DNA of 64,000 nt from Dehalococcoidia bacterium (GTDB lineage: Bacteria > Chloroflexota > Dehalococcoidia > Lucifugimonadales > JAGWBF01): assembly GCA_965226865.1 (NCBI GenBank), contig CBDDEH010000004.1, positions 1,704,586 to 1,768,585 on the forward strand. Direction: 5' to 3'. The notes beneath the pieces are model-generated. The model did not search any database and was not told where the DNA came from. It saw only the letters and a program-made list of their open reading frames with translations. This document shows positions 40,662 to 52,434 of the stretch, piece by piece; position 1 is the first letter of the stretch, and each line of letters opens with the position of its first letter. Position numbers and translations under genes: made by a program.

Positions 40662-41216
40662 CGCCGATGCGTCCCTACCTTCCCTCCATGCTGTCTGGGG
40701 GGTGCAAATCGGGGCATCTTGCCTGTCGGCGAGCTTTCGAGAGGCCACAGACCGCCCGATTTGCCCCTGTTTCAGCTATGAAACGGGCTGATGGACCCTC
40801 TGACCGGTCAATGCCTGAAAATGCAAATGGATGGGAAGCCATGCTAAACTACACTGCCTCTCCAATGACACCTCGTTTGCACTTTGCAACCCCTGACGTG
40901 TCATCCGATAGTGAGGGAAACAGCTATGAATGAACCTGTCCGACGTGTGCGGAGAGCTGATGCGGACAGGATTTGGCGCGTTGCGGCGGGTGGCGGCCCA
41001 GTTTGGGCCATCGGTTTTGGCTCGAAACGGCCCGAAACGATGTGGGGGTGGGCGACGCCAATTTATGGCATGAGTAGGAACGGACATCCTGGGCCAATCA
41101 ACTAGGAAATCGTGCAAATAGCGGGGCGGATTCACAGGCGACGGTGACCGGTCATCGTTGGGGCTGGTTCCGCCGGAAGACGGTGTTGATGACAAAAGCG
41201 GGCCACCCCATAGAGG

Positions 41217-41705
41217 ATGGAAATGACCTCTCGGAAGTCTAAGATGAGTGATGGACGGGCATCAAGGGCCGGAGACGATCAGCCCGACCTCAAGTGGGTC
41301 GTGGAGTGGCTCGTCGAGCGGGAAGGACAACGCCGGACGGCGGCGCTGCTGGGCGTGAATCGGAAGACGGTGGCGCTGGCCCTGCAACGGGAGCGATTGA
41401 CGGGCAGGATGACCCTGGCCGTGCAGCGGCTCATGGCGAACCTGGACGATCCCGGATGGGAGAAGACGATCCCGGTGGACCGGTTGGAGGCGAGGATCAG
41501 GCTGGCGATTGAGGCAGTGGACGATCTTGCGAGGCTGGTGGAGCGTCTGACCCGGCGCGTGGAGACCTTGGAGGCGGCGCAGACGACCGGGGACGCCGCC
41601 GGAGACCAGGAGGCGGATGCGCCCGATTCCGAGAGCCGGGGCTTACGTCTGTTCAACTGGAGGCGGAGGCACCAGCCGCATGGCGAGGAAGAGAGCGATG
41701 GCTGA
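41217..41705 (+). CDS. hypothetical protein with putative HTH (AALLGVNRKTVALAL)
   Basis: 162 aa ORF in a GC-rich segment. It has a coiled-coil C-terminal half. I recognise no family. Confidence 0.4.
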   Translation: MEMTSRKSKMSDGRASRAGDDQPDLKWVVEWLVEREGQRRTAALLGVNRKTVALALQRERLTGRMTLAVQRLMANLDDPGWEKTIPVDRLEARIRLAIEAVDDLARLVERLTRRVETLEAAQTTGDAAGDQEADAPDSESRGLRLFNWRRRHQPHGEEESDG

Positions 41706-42141
41706 GCAGGTCCGCTGGGTCTCGAAAGCGGAGGCGGCGCGGGAGCTGGAGGTCTCCATCTCAACCCTCGACCGGATGATCCGGAGGGGGGAGATTGAGG
41801 TCCGCAGGGAGGGCCGCCGGGTCTACGTGCGGCAGAAGGGGCCGGAGTACGTGAGCGACGACGAGCTGTTGCGCCGGTCCCTTGTTCGGGAGGACAAGCT
41901 TCAGCGGACCGTGTGGGAGCTGGATGGGCGAGCATCGGAGTTGGAGCGGGAGAGCGACGAGGCCAGGGAGTCCGCGTCCGCCAGCCGCCAGGCGTATGAG
42001 GAGCTGGAGGAGGAGTACCGGAAGGAGCGAGCCGCACACAAGGTGACGAGGGAAGGGCTCATCGCGGTCCGCGTGACCGCCTTCGTGCTGTTGGCGCTGC
42101 TGGTCGGCAGCGTTCTCCTGTGGTGGTTTGTGCTGAGGTAG
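41698..42141 (+). CDS. excisionase/MerR-type HTH protein with C-terminal transmembrane helix
   Basis: The ATG at 41698 overlaps the previous stop. WVSKAEAARELEVSISTLDRMIRRGEI is Xis-type HTH-like. The C-terminus VTAFVLLALLVGSVLLWWFVL is hydrophobic. Confidence 0.5.
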   Translation: MAEQVRWVSKAEAARELEVSISTLDRMIRRGEIEVRREGRRVYVRQKGPEYVSDDELLRRSLVREDKLQRTVWELDGRASELERESDEARESASASRQAYEELEEEYRKERAAHKVTREGLIAVRVTAFVLLALLVGSVLLWWFVLR

Positions 42142-42189
42142 GGCAGTGGCACGGAGTCAATCACAGCAAACCTTCTCGGGTGGCCATAG

Positions 42190-45100
42190 TCAACCAATAG
42201 TTTGCGTGCTCTTCGGTGAAGAAGAATGACACAGGGGTCTGACGCTGAGGAGGTTGAATAGTGATGACCCTGCCTGAAGAGACGTGGACACGCCGTTGCC
42301 TGAATTGAACGTCAGTGTGCGGGTATTCGCTTGACCGAAGGCTCGAGTGATCTCGGTCCGACTGACGGCGTCGCCAAGGTCGCCATGGTGGTAGATGCAT
42401 AGCAGAATGATGTTACCCGCGTGACGAGCACCACCAGCATTAACGTGATCACAATGCTGCGCTTCCATAATCCGCCGTCGATGTTCGGAAACCTCGACAT
42501 AGCTTGATAGCGGTGCCAGGGTCTGGGGTTCGGCCTCGGCAAGGCAGGCTTGGCAATGCCAAGCATACTGCTTCTCTTTGAGGTCGGCAATCTGGGAACT
42601 CTCATCCGCTGGCTGAGTCCGGCTATTGTTGTTCCTACCTTTGCTAATTCTTTTGATGACCCCGTCACCTTTGACTCCGTTATTCTTCGGAATGGGACCA
42701 AGGTTGGGAAGATTCTTTGACGGGTCAATCTTTGGCACTCGGTGGATAGCTGATGTTTCAAAGGGACTCACGTCTCTGCTATCTCGACTAGTGGTTTCAC
42801 CGTTCTCTACATCCTCCGGAGGTTGTACTCCTTCTGAATACTCCAGAGGATAGCTTTCTCTCATCTCCATCTTCAACGCTAGATCAAGGACGGAGCCGTA
42901 GTACTTCTTGGGGCGTTCGAATGCTCGATCAGCGAGTGCGTCGAAGAAGACCGCCCGTAGGTCCGAAGCTGATCTGATCCAGAGTGTGCCGGACTCTGTG
43001 TCGAGCTTCCCATCTACTGCAACTTGGAATCTGTTCCTCCCCAACTTATAGGTTGCGATGACAGAATCCGAAGTCCGTATGCCTTGGATACTAGCTAGGC
43101 GTTCACGCCAGTTGCTTCTGAGCGCGCCTTGGCGCGCATCAAGGTCGAGTTTGGCCAGCCTCCTTTGCAGCTGCCTTCCCTTCAGGCCGGATATGAGAGA
43201 GTCAAGTATGCGCCTAAAGTCGAATTTTCGAGTAGGTTTGTCCTCTCCCGTTCCTATTGTCGCGATTGGTTCTCCGGCATAGTCACTCAGTGTCCTCACT
43301 TGAAACTCTCGTAGGCGGGCAGTGACCGGCTCGGTTACTCGGGGGCTCTCCACGATGGTTAACTCCACCGGGCGCCGTCCCGTATGCTGCCTTATCGCCT
43401 GTTCTAGCTCCTCGAAGTCAGGGATTACTACCTTACTCCTGCTCTTGGTAGCATCCGCCTTTGTCACTAACCGTACTTTGCCTCCATCGTCCTCGACCAT
43501 AATGAACGGAACCAGAGGGAACATGTCGCTCCATGCGCGTGGTCCGGATTCATGATTGATGTGACGGAGGACTTGATCAGTATGCCTAACAACGACGTCA
43601 GCTTGCTGAGATGCTAGCCACTGAAAGGATTGTCTAGAGCTGTTAGCACTAGGCGTCCCACCGACGACGCCTATCTGTCTATACAGCCTTTGCGTTTCGG
43701 GATTGATATCGGCAACTGGAGCGTGTATCTTCCAGTCGCCCCAGAAGTCCCGGCTTCCTCGCAGTGCAATTTGCTTTGGAGAGCGCAGTTCCCCCTCCAC
43801 GGGTATGCAAGGGATATCGAGCAAGCCGTCGGGTTCTAAGTCCTGGCGTCTGGACTGTTTCACGTATTCTTGAAGCCTCGGCACATGTGCCTCACTGCGG
43901 GCAGCATCCTCACGAAGAGTGTCAACGATTTGGTCAGTCGAGGGAGCGGGCCGCGGCCTCCAGCCATCGATCCTGTCGAGGACACTGTTGGGGCGATCAA
44001 TTATGTGTTCACCCAGCAAGTGAAGACGTAGCATTGCCCCTTCGTTTCTCACCAACTCGCCTGGAACCCTCAAGTTCCCGTTCTTGTCTAAGGCAACGCT
44101 ATACACCTCAGCCAACTCGCCCAGGTATTCCTTCAGTTGTGGTGTAGAGGAGGCGAGGACCGCAAGGTCTTTCTCAAGCTTGTGGAATTCGCGTCGCTCA
44201 TTGGCGGTCAGCTTTCTCTCACGGGGAAATCTGTCGATTCGCTCCGATAAGAATTTCTCGAACTCCTGGAAGGAAGGCACGTTCCTGAAAGTCAGCCGTC
44301 CCCTCCCTTTCCTACTTACAAGGCCACTTCTCAGAAGCTCGCGAGAGGATCGTACGACCACATCACCCATGATGGATGCGACGCGAGTGTGACCTGCCCC
44401 CCAAAAACTGGTCCAGTTATAAACTCGTAAAGTGGAGCTGGTGAGAGGGGGTAGTCAATGGCGAGTAAAAAGCGCAGTGTAGAAGAGATCATAGGGAAGC
44501 TGCGGGAAGCGGAGGTGGCCCTGGCGCAAGGGGAGACGGTGGCCCAGGCATGCAGGGGTATCGGGGTATCAGACCATACGTTTTACCGGTGGCGGCAGCA
44601 GTATGGGGGCTGAGAATAGACCAGGCGAGGCGGTTGCGGGAGATGGAAGCGGAGAACGGACGACTCAGGCGTGCGGTAGCGGACCTGACGTTGGACAACC
44701 AGATTCTGAAGGAGGCAGCACGGGGAAACTTCTGAGCCCGGCCCGCCGGCGGAGATGCGTGGAGTTGGCACGGGAACGGTATGGCATCTCTGAGCGGCGC
44801 GCTTGCCGGGCGCTTGAGCAACCCCAGTCAACACAGAGGTACACTGCAACAGTGGCCGATGATGAGGAGGCCCTGACGATGGCAGTGGTTCGGCTGGCCA
44901 GTCGGTACGGACGGTATGGGTACCGGCGGGTGACTGCCATGCTGCAATGGGAGGGATGGAGAGTGAACCACAAGCGGGTGGAGCGGATCTGGCGACGGGA
45001 AGGACTCAAGGTACCAGCCAAACAGCCCAAACGGGGCCGACTCTGGCTTACTGACGGCTCCTGCGTGCGGCTGAGGCCACAACGACGGAACCACGTCTGG

Positions 45101-47633
45101 GCATACGACTTTGTGGCCCTTCGTACCAGTGACGGCAAACCCGTTCGTCTCCTGACAGTGGTGGATGAGTATACCAGGGAGTGTCTGGCCATCCATGTGG
45201 GTCGCTCGTTACGCTCACCCCATGTCATTGAATGCCTGGGGGACCTCATGGTCCAGCGTGGCGTGCCGGAGCACCTCCGCTCGGACAACGGGCCGGAGTT
45301 CACCGCCAGGGCGGTGCGGTTGTGGCTCCAAGGGGTGGGAGTCACAACCCTCTTCATCACACCGGGTAGCCCTTGGGAGAATGGGTATGTTGAGAGCTTC
45401 AACGGCAAGCTTAGGGACGAACTCTTGGACCGGGAGCTCTTCGATACCCTCTGGGAGGTGCAGGTCCTCACCGAGCAGTGGCGCCACGAGTACAACCACC
45501 AACGCCCCCACAGCGCCCTGGGCTATCGCCCTCCTGCTCCAGAGGCCATCCTCACCTCCTCTGCTCCAAGCGCTATCAGTGTCTCATGATTTGCGGTACA
45601 ACTATTGGGGGCAGGTCAAGTGTTACGAGGCTCACACAGGCTGTTCAGGGGCAGCATGTTGCCATTGGAACTTGGCCACACGGGCAAGTCGGCGATTCGT
45701 GTCAGAGTTTTCCTTCGCTTGACTTTTCTCCAGTTATTGTGGAGCCACGTCCAAAACGACTTACGCTCAGCCAGTGAAGCCGTTTCGAGTTGACCATTAT
45801 CGAGGTAGTCGTCCAACGTAAATGGCTTGGGTCTCCAAGCTCTCCGCTTCAGGAGACGGTGATCCCGTAGCTCTGGATGAACAATCGGCACGTACCCCCG
45901 CTGCCCGAGATCTGGCGGTAGATTCACGGCACTAAACATTTCCGCCAGTGGCCTCGCCGTGCCGCCAGCGTCGGGCAGGTAGGCATTCTCTATGACCTCT
46001 GATTCAACTGGCGCTCTACGTTCGTAGAAGGCCTTGTATGCGACATCCAAGTAGGTTCTTGCAACTGAAGTGTTACCTAGAGCCGCTTGCCATTCGGGTT
46101 CGTCCTTCCATGGAAAGTGTTCAGCTTCCTGTTGAGGCTGTAGGCGTTCGATGGCATCGTCTTCATCGAAAGTAGTCACGAGGTCATCAAAGCCGTCGTT
46201 AGGCAGATAACAGTTGTCGCCCAGATAAGACAAGATAGCCCTAGGGACAGTCCTGTCAATCTGATCTTCGCCATGTGGACATATGTCCGAGAGAAGATCA
46301 GAGATTCGCTGGCGGTCCCATGTAAACATTGGCAAGACGACCCTGCGAAGAGTGCCGTCGGATGTCTTCCTTGGTCCCAGCACAAGCCTCTTGGGTCGAC
46401 TTGATGCCCGTACTCTGTCTGCAAGTGGCAACGCCCGCCTGTCAAGTGTGCGGCCCAAGAGATCCTTCAGGGGTTCATTCCATGGAGTATGAGGATCGGC
46501 CAGGTAGAGCTCCATCGCCCTCCCGCCGTGTCGATGAAGCAGATAACTGGCCATGATATCTACAAGTGCGTCTTTGCACCCATCGTCAATGTAGTCGTTC
46601 AGAGAGTCTATCTGACTGGTGCCATGTCTTTCGGCATCAGAGAGGTAAGGACCTGAGAAGTGGACGCCCACTCCACTTAGCGCCGATTGCGATGTAGCGT
46701 CATATCCAATCGGGTATCTTCGAACTCCCTTGGCTGACTTCGGAGTGCCTCTCTTGTCTGTGAGCCACGCTATCTCTGCCGTGAAGGATTTCCCGTCCCT
46801 CGCGAAGAAGTCTGGAATCTCGGGGCGCCTTCCTGTAGGGAATGGGAGCCTGAACGTGCAGGCCTGCTCGTGTATGGAAGTTGAAGGTACGTCAGGCACG
46901 TTCGAGGTGGTGGTACACTCCCTGCCAATGCTGTAAACCGTCTTCGACCCCTGCCATTGACGTTCCGCCCTCTCTTGGCTCGCCAATGAATTTCGACAGA
47001 CCCTAGAGTGTGGTGGCTCAGGCGAAGCGTGTACTGATCACGAATTCCAGGACGGACTACACCCATCAGCCTGCCCGGTAGAAGTTCGCAGGCGTTCCTG
47101 AAGAGTGCCTCTAGTGAGATTTCATCAGGGATTCCAATCGTTAGAGCTTCACCCTTCTCAACTACTAACTCCCGTTCGCGGTAAGGGACTTCAATGGAGC
47201 ACCCGGTAGGCGGAGCCGTATTGTCCGGGACCGGCTCCAGAAACGTTCCCGGCGATGGCTGATTCTCATAGCCGTACTGATACAAGGTCTGGACCATCCT
47301 GAGGCCATCTGACCGCACAATGAATTCATCGCCGAGCCAGAAACACGCCTTCAGGCCGTGGTTCTTAACGCCTATCTGGAACCGCTTGCTCTCAACCCTG
47401 ACACCCGCGCCCATCACATAGGAGAGCCGGCACCAGCCATCACCGCTTACGGGTTCACCGTCTCCCTGGCAGATCAGCCGGTCAGAAGTGAAGGTGATGG
47501 AAGTACGGGATGCTTTGGCGTCCAAATCATTCTGAATAAGCTCAACTATCAGGTCAGCGGAGCGCAAGCCCTTTAGGAACTGCCAAAACCGTGGCTCATC
47601 ATCGAACCTCTGGACATATCCCGGACCTTCCAA
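42190..47633 (-). pseudogene. giant ORF of about 1400 codons with a GHKL (sacsin/MORC-type) ATPase head and a C-terminal HNH nuclease, split by an IS3-family insertion and one frameshift
   Basis: N-terminal Bergerat motifs ELIQNDLDA, QGDGEPVSGDGW and IGVKNHGLKACF. C-terminal WHCQAC ... HCDHVNAGGARHAGNIILLCIYHH. The stop of ORF 45616-46986 is the IS terminal TGA. Removing the IS plus one AGTG joins it in frame to ORF 42190-44370. There is a frameshift near 46.97-46.99 kb. Confidence 0.75.
44390..45618 (+). mobile_element. IS3-family insertion sequence (IS407-like ends)
   Basis: Inverted repeats TGACCTGCCCCC(C)AA at both ends. 4 bp duplication AGTG (44386-44389 and 45619-45622). orfA starts at 44458 and is broken at the G5 run 44605-44609. 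orfB with its DDE domain runs to 45589 (WAYDFV, TVVDEYTRE, SDNGPEF). Confidence 0.9.
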
Positions 47634-47719
47634 GGCTAACCTCCTACTTCACCCTATTGAGACATCATCAGGCTGCTGAGAGCACCTTTGACAACCAGTC
47701 GCGTGCGAATGCTCAGTAT

Positions 47720-47758
47720 CCTTGACATTATTAACTCACTGCGTTAATAATGTCAAGG
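47720..47758 (+). promoter_or_regulatory. higBA promoter embedded in a perfect 16 bp inverted repeat (candidate HigA operator)
   Basis: CCTTGACATTATTAAC-7 nt-GTTAATAATGTCAAGG. It contains TTGACA (47722-47727), a 17 nt spacer and TAATAA (47745-47750). The higB ATG at 47759 lies 8 nt after the -10 element. Confidence 0.6.
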
Positions 47759-48037
47759 ATGAACCGATTCAGACACGACGACGCCCAGCGGCTCTTCGCC
47801 GGAGACCCGGTCCGACGCTTGCCGCCCGACATCCAGCGACGGGCGCGAGTGAGATTGCAGCGAGTCGTAGCAGCTGCGGCGCTCACCGACCTTCGGGTGC
47901 CGCCCTCCCACCGGCTAGAAGCCCTGCGTGGGAACCGGGAGGGGCAGTACAGCATCCGGATCAACGACCAGTGGCGCGTGTGTTTCATCTGGACTGGCCA
48001 AGGTGCGATGGAAATAGAAATCACCGACTACCACTGA
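47759..48037 (+). CDS. higB: HigB-type toxin (RelE/ParE superfamily, plasmid maintenance killer protein)
   Basis: LTDLRVPPSHRLEALRGNREGQYSIRINDQWRVCFIW ... EIEITDYH. The ORF track starts 9 nt earlier, at 47750 inside the palindrome. Confidence 0.85.
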   Translation: MNRFRHDDAQRLFAGDPVRRLPPDIQRRARVRLQRVVAAAALTDLRVPPSHRLEALRGNREGQYSIRINDQWRVCFIWTGQGAMEIEITDYH

Positions 48038-48048
48038 GGAGGGAATTC

Positions 48049-49436
<1,388 letters not shown>

Positions 49437-49643
49437 TACGCTCGGTCAATAGGCCTATTGGCTGGGCAGGCGGGGAGGGCGCGTCGTAAGCAACTGGGTG
49501 AGCCAGGCGGAACCCTGGACTGCACCGGCGAACAGTGAGACACCCTTCCCTCCGTACTGGTCGCTCCGAACGGATACACGGGCTTCGGGCCCGCATCTAC
49601 AAGTGTGGAGGACACAGGCACCATCAAACCGGGAGGGTAAGAC

Positions 49644-50576
49644 ATGGAAGTGGTAGCAGGCATTGACGTAGGCAAAGTCAGCTTGGACGTTTCGGTATCA
49701 GAGGGTCCGGTACTCCGGTTCGGCAACACGGCGAAAAGCATTACCAGGCTGCTGAGACATCTGAAGGAGCAGTGCACCACCATGACCGTGTGCGAATCCA
49801 CCGGCGGGTACGAGCGGCTACTGGTCAGCCGGTTGCGGAAGGCCGAGATAGCAGTGCGCGTGGCTCACCCGAGCCGGGTGCGTTCCTTCGCCCGGGCCTG
49901 CGGCTACGAAGCCAAAACCGATCCTAGAGACGCTCAGGTGCTGTCCCGTTTCGGCCAGGTGTTCCCTGATTCAGACACGCCGGAACTGGAGCCGGAACGC
50001 GAGGAATTGCAGGACTTGCTGCGCAGGCGGCGGCAGTTCGTGGAACAGCGAGTCCAGGAGCTGAACCGGCTGGACAAGGGCGTCTCCGCTGCCGTTGCCA
50101 ACTCTACCAAGCGCCACATCGCCTGGCTGGATAAGGAGATTGCGCAGCTGGAGGAGGAGTACCAGGAAGCGCTGCAGAGTAGCTCTTCCCTGGCCCAGCG
50201 CGCCGCGTTGTACCGCACCGTGCCTGGTGTGGGACCATTGACCGCTGCCATCCTGGTAGCCCATCTGCCCGAACTGGGCCATTGGGACAGCAAAGCATTG
50301 ACCTCCCTGGTGGGTCTGGCCCCCTGGTCTCGAGATAGCGGCCAGAAGCGAGGCCAGAGGGCAATCCGGGGCGGCCGCGGCATAGTGCGTAAAGCCCTCT
50401 ACCTCTGTGCATGCTCAGTGATTCAGGTCAATGGCGAACTACGCCGTTTCTACCAGAACCTGCGTCAACGTGGGAAACCCGGAAACTTGGCCTTGGTGGC
50501 AGTGATGCGCAAGCTGCTGTTGCAGTTGAACGCGCTAGCTCGGCGGCAAACACCCTGGGTTGTGCGGCCCGGATAG
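49644..50576 (+). CDS. IS110-family transposase (intact)
   Basis: 310 aa ORF with VAGIDVGKVSLDV ... TVPGVGPLTAAILVAHLPELG ... LAPWSRDSG ... AVMRKLL. It lies head to head with the other IS110 copy. Confidence 0.85.
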   Translation: MEVVAGIDVGKVSLDVSVSEGPVLRFGNTAKSITRLLRHLKEQCTTMTVCESTGGYERLLVSRLRKAEIAVRVAHPSRVRSFARACGYEAKTDPRDAQVLSRFGQVFPDSDTPELEPEREELQDLLRRRRQFVEQRVQELNRLDKGVSAAVANSTKRHIAWLDKEIAQLEEEYQEALQSSSSLAQRAALYRTVPGVGPLTAAILVAHLPELGHWDSKALTSLVGLAPWSRDSGQKRGQRAIRGGRGIVRKALYLCACSVIQVNGELRRFYQNLRQRGKPGNLALVAVMRKLLLQLNALARRQTPWVVRPG

Positions 50577-50724
50577 AGGTATCTACTCCTCAATTTGGCA
50601 AAGACCTTGACACCCAACCACGGATACTGTTCGGGCTCTGTTCGGGAGGGGTGCGGCGACCCTCGCTTCGTGACGGTCTTCTATGACCTGGGAGGTTGCG
50701 GTCTGCCGCGCCCCGATCCACCTA

Positions 50725-50766
50725 AGTGAAGTGATTGTTACACACCAAAACCAAGATACAAGGAGG
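50725..50766 (+). repeat. 42 bp leader repeat, copy A (5-prime UTR and RBS of the serine recombinase gene)
   Basis: agtgaagtgattgttacacaccaaaaccaagatacaaggagg is identical to 60066-60107. Confidence 0.9.
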
Positions 50767-50771
50767 ACAGC

Positions 50772-51905
50772 ATGAAGAAGAAGCACCTACAGCCGCTTAC
50801 ACCTGCGGCACTCTACGCCAGGGTATCCAGCGACCGGCAGGACGTGGACCTGTCCGTGTCCGCCCAGCTTCGGGCGCTCAAGGACTACGCCAGGGCCAAC
50901 GACTACTCCGTAGCCCGCGAGTACGTGGACGAGGCCGAGAGCGGCCGAGTGGCAGACAGGCCCCAGTTCCGGGAGATGATCGAGGAGGGCGGCAAGGCGA
51001 AGTCCCCCTTCGACGTGATTCTCGTATGGAAGTTCAGCCGCTTCACCAGGAAGCGCGAGCACGCCGTCGCCTTCAAGTCAATGCTACGGCGCAAGGGCAT
51101 CAGAGTGGTGTCCATCACCGAACAGGCAGAGGACAACGCCACCGGCAGGCTGCTTGAGGGAATCATCGAGAGCGTGGACGAATTCTACAGCGAAAGTCTT
51201 GCCCAGGACGTCGTCCGGGGGATGAGAGAGGCCGCATCGAGGGGCTTCTTCCTCGCTTCCAACGCTCCCTTCGGCTACAAGCGGGTCAAGGTGAACGACG
51301 GGGTGAAGGAGCGTCCCACGCTGGAGGTTGACCCGGCCACCGCCCCCATAGTGAGGGAGATATTCGAGAAGTCGCTCAGGGGCAGCGGCCTCAAGGAGAT
51401 ATGCAAGGAACTGAACGACCGGGGCATCACCAACCGTGGCAAGCGCTGGTACAAGGGAACGGTCCACTACGTCCTGAGAAACGAGGCGTACACTGGAACC
51501 GCCGTCTGGGGCAAGACGAGCAAGGGCCAGGAGGCCCAGGACCCTGTAAGGGTGGAAGGAGCGTGGCCCGCGCTGGTGTCGAGGGAGCTGTTCGACGAGG
51601 TGCAGCAGGCGATGCGGGACCGTGCGCCGAAGGTGCGGAGGCCCGCGAGAGTGGGGAGCAGGTTCCTGCTGAGCGGGCTACTCAAGTGCGGAGTCTGCGG
51701 CAGGCCCTACTCCGCCCAGGGAGCCAAGAGCGGCCAGTTCGCCTACTGCATCTGCGGCACCCTGTTCAGGGAGGGCGCGGGGACGTGCAGCGCCCGCTAC
51801 CTAAACGCCCCGAAGCTGGAGACGTTCGTGGTGGAGAATATGGATGAGAGACAATCGACACGAAAAACTACGGTACTCGTGGGCGGTGGGCCTAGAGCCG
51901 GTTGA
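50772..51905 (+). CDS. large serine recombinase, C-terminally truncated
   Basis: Catalytic YARVSSDRQ, the recombinase domain and the Zn-ribbon (CGVCG ... YCICG ... C) are present. The usual coiled-coil and C-terminal region are absent. The last 20 or so codons look unrelated, and composition changes near 51840. Confidence 0.8.
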   Translation: MKKKHLQPLTPAALYARVSSDRQDVDLSVSAQLRALKDYARANDYSVAREYVDEAESGRVADRPQFREMIEEGGKAKSPFDVILVWKFSRFTRKREHAVAFKSMLRRKGIRVVSITEQAEDNATGRLLEGIIESVDEFYSESLAQDVVRGMREAASRGFFLASNAPFGYKRVKVNDGVKERPTLEVDPATAPIVREIFEKSLRGSGLKEICKELNDRGITNRGKRWYKGTVHYVLRNEAYTGTAVWGKTSKGQEAQDPVRVEGAWPALVSRELFDEVQQAMRDRAPKVRRPARVGSRFLLSGLLKCGVCGRPYSAQGAKSGQFAYCICGTLFREGAGTCSARYLNAPKLETFVVENMDERQSTRKTTVLVGGGPRAG

Positions 51906-52434
51906 CTAGGACAACAGTTCATGGGGCCTCGTGTGGTTCGAACCCCCGTGAGCGGGCCTGACTTGACGGCAGGCAGTACCATCTTCGAGTTGCTCGTGGC
52001 CCTGTGCACCCCCCGGATCTGCAACTCAACCATTATGATAGGACGGTGCAGGTGGGGGGAATACTTCCAATGCCCTTGGAACTTGTAAGTTACAAGACGG
52101 GGAGTTGGTGCCAGAGAAACAAGCAAACGGTACCGCGAAGCCGTCACACCGCTCGCCAGAATACGCGCTGCCTTGAATTCCCTTTGGTTAGCCCATCCCC
52201 CTTCCTTCAAACAAACAAATTTCGGGATGACTCACGTGGTAAGGTTTGCTAACTGCAGGCTATGCTGGTTACTTGCCAACGCGGGCGTCTACCTTATCAA
52301 GTAGAGTCCCAGGGAGCGGTGTAGGAGACAAGAAGCCCTGGCAGCCAGAGGCCACCGGGTCACCCTCGATATTGAGCATTGCCTCAGGTCTACCGACTGT
52401 TGGGCAGTGAGGCTGACCGGGTCGTTCATACCTG

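Noticed and set aside
39315-42037. Long minus-strand ORFs 39315-40112 and 41279-42037
   Set aside because: They are antisense shadows of plus-strand genes in a very GC-rich block. The translations are Arg/Pro/Ala-rich with no recognisable domain.
51886-51968. A functional tRNA or tmRNA gene around the GGTTCGAACCC motif
   Set aside because: I could fold no complementary acceptor stem, D arm or anticodon arm. The T stem is mismatched and the end is CCT rather than CCA. I keep it only as a possible att relic.
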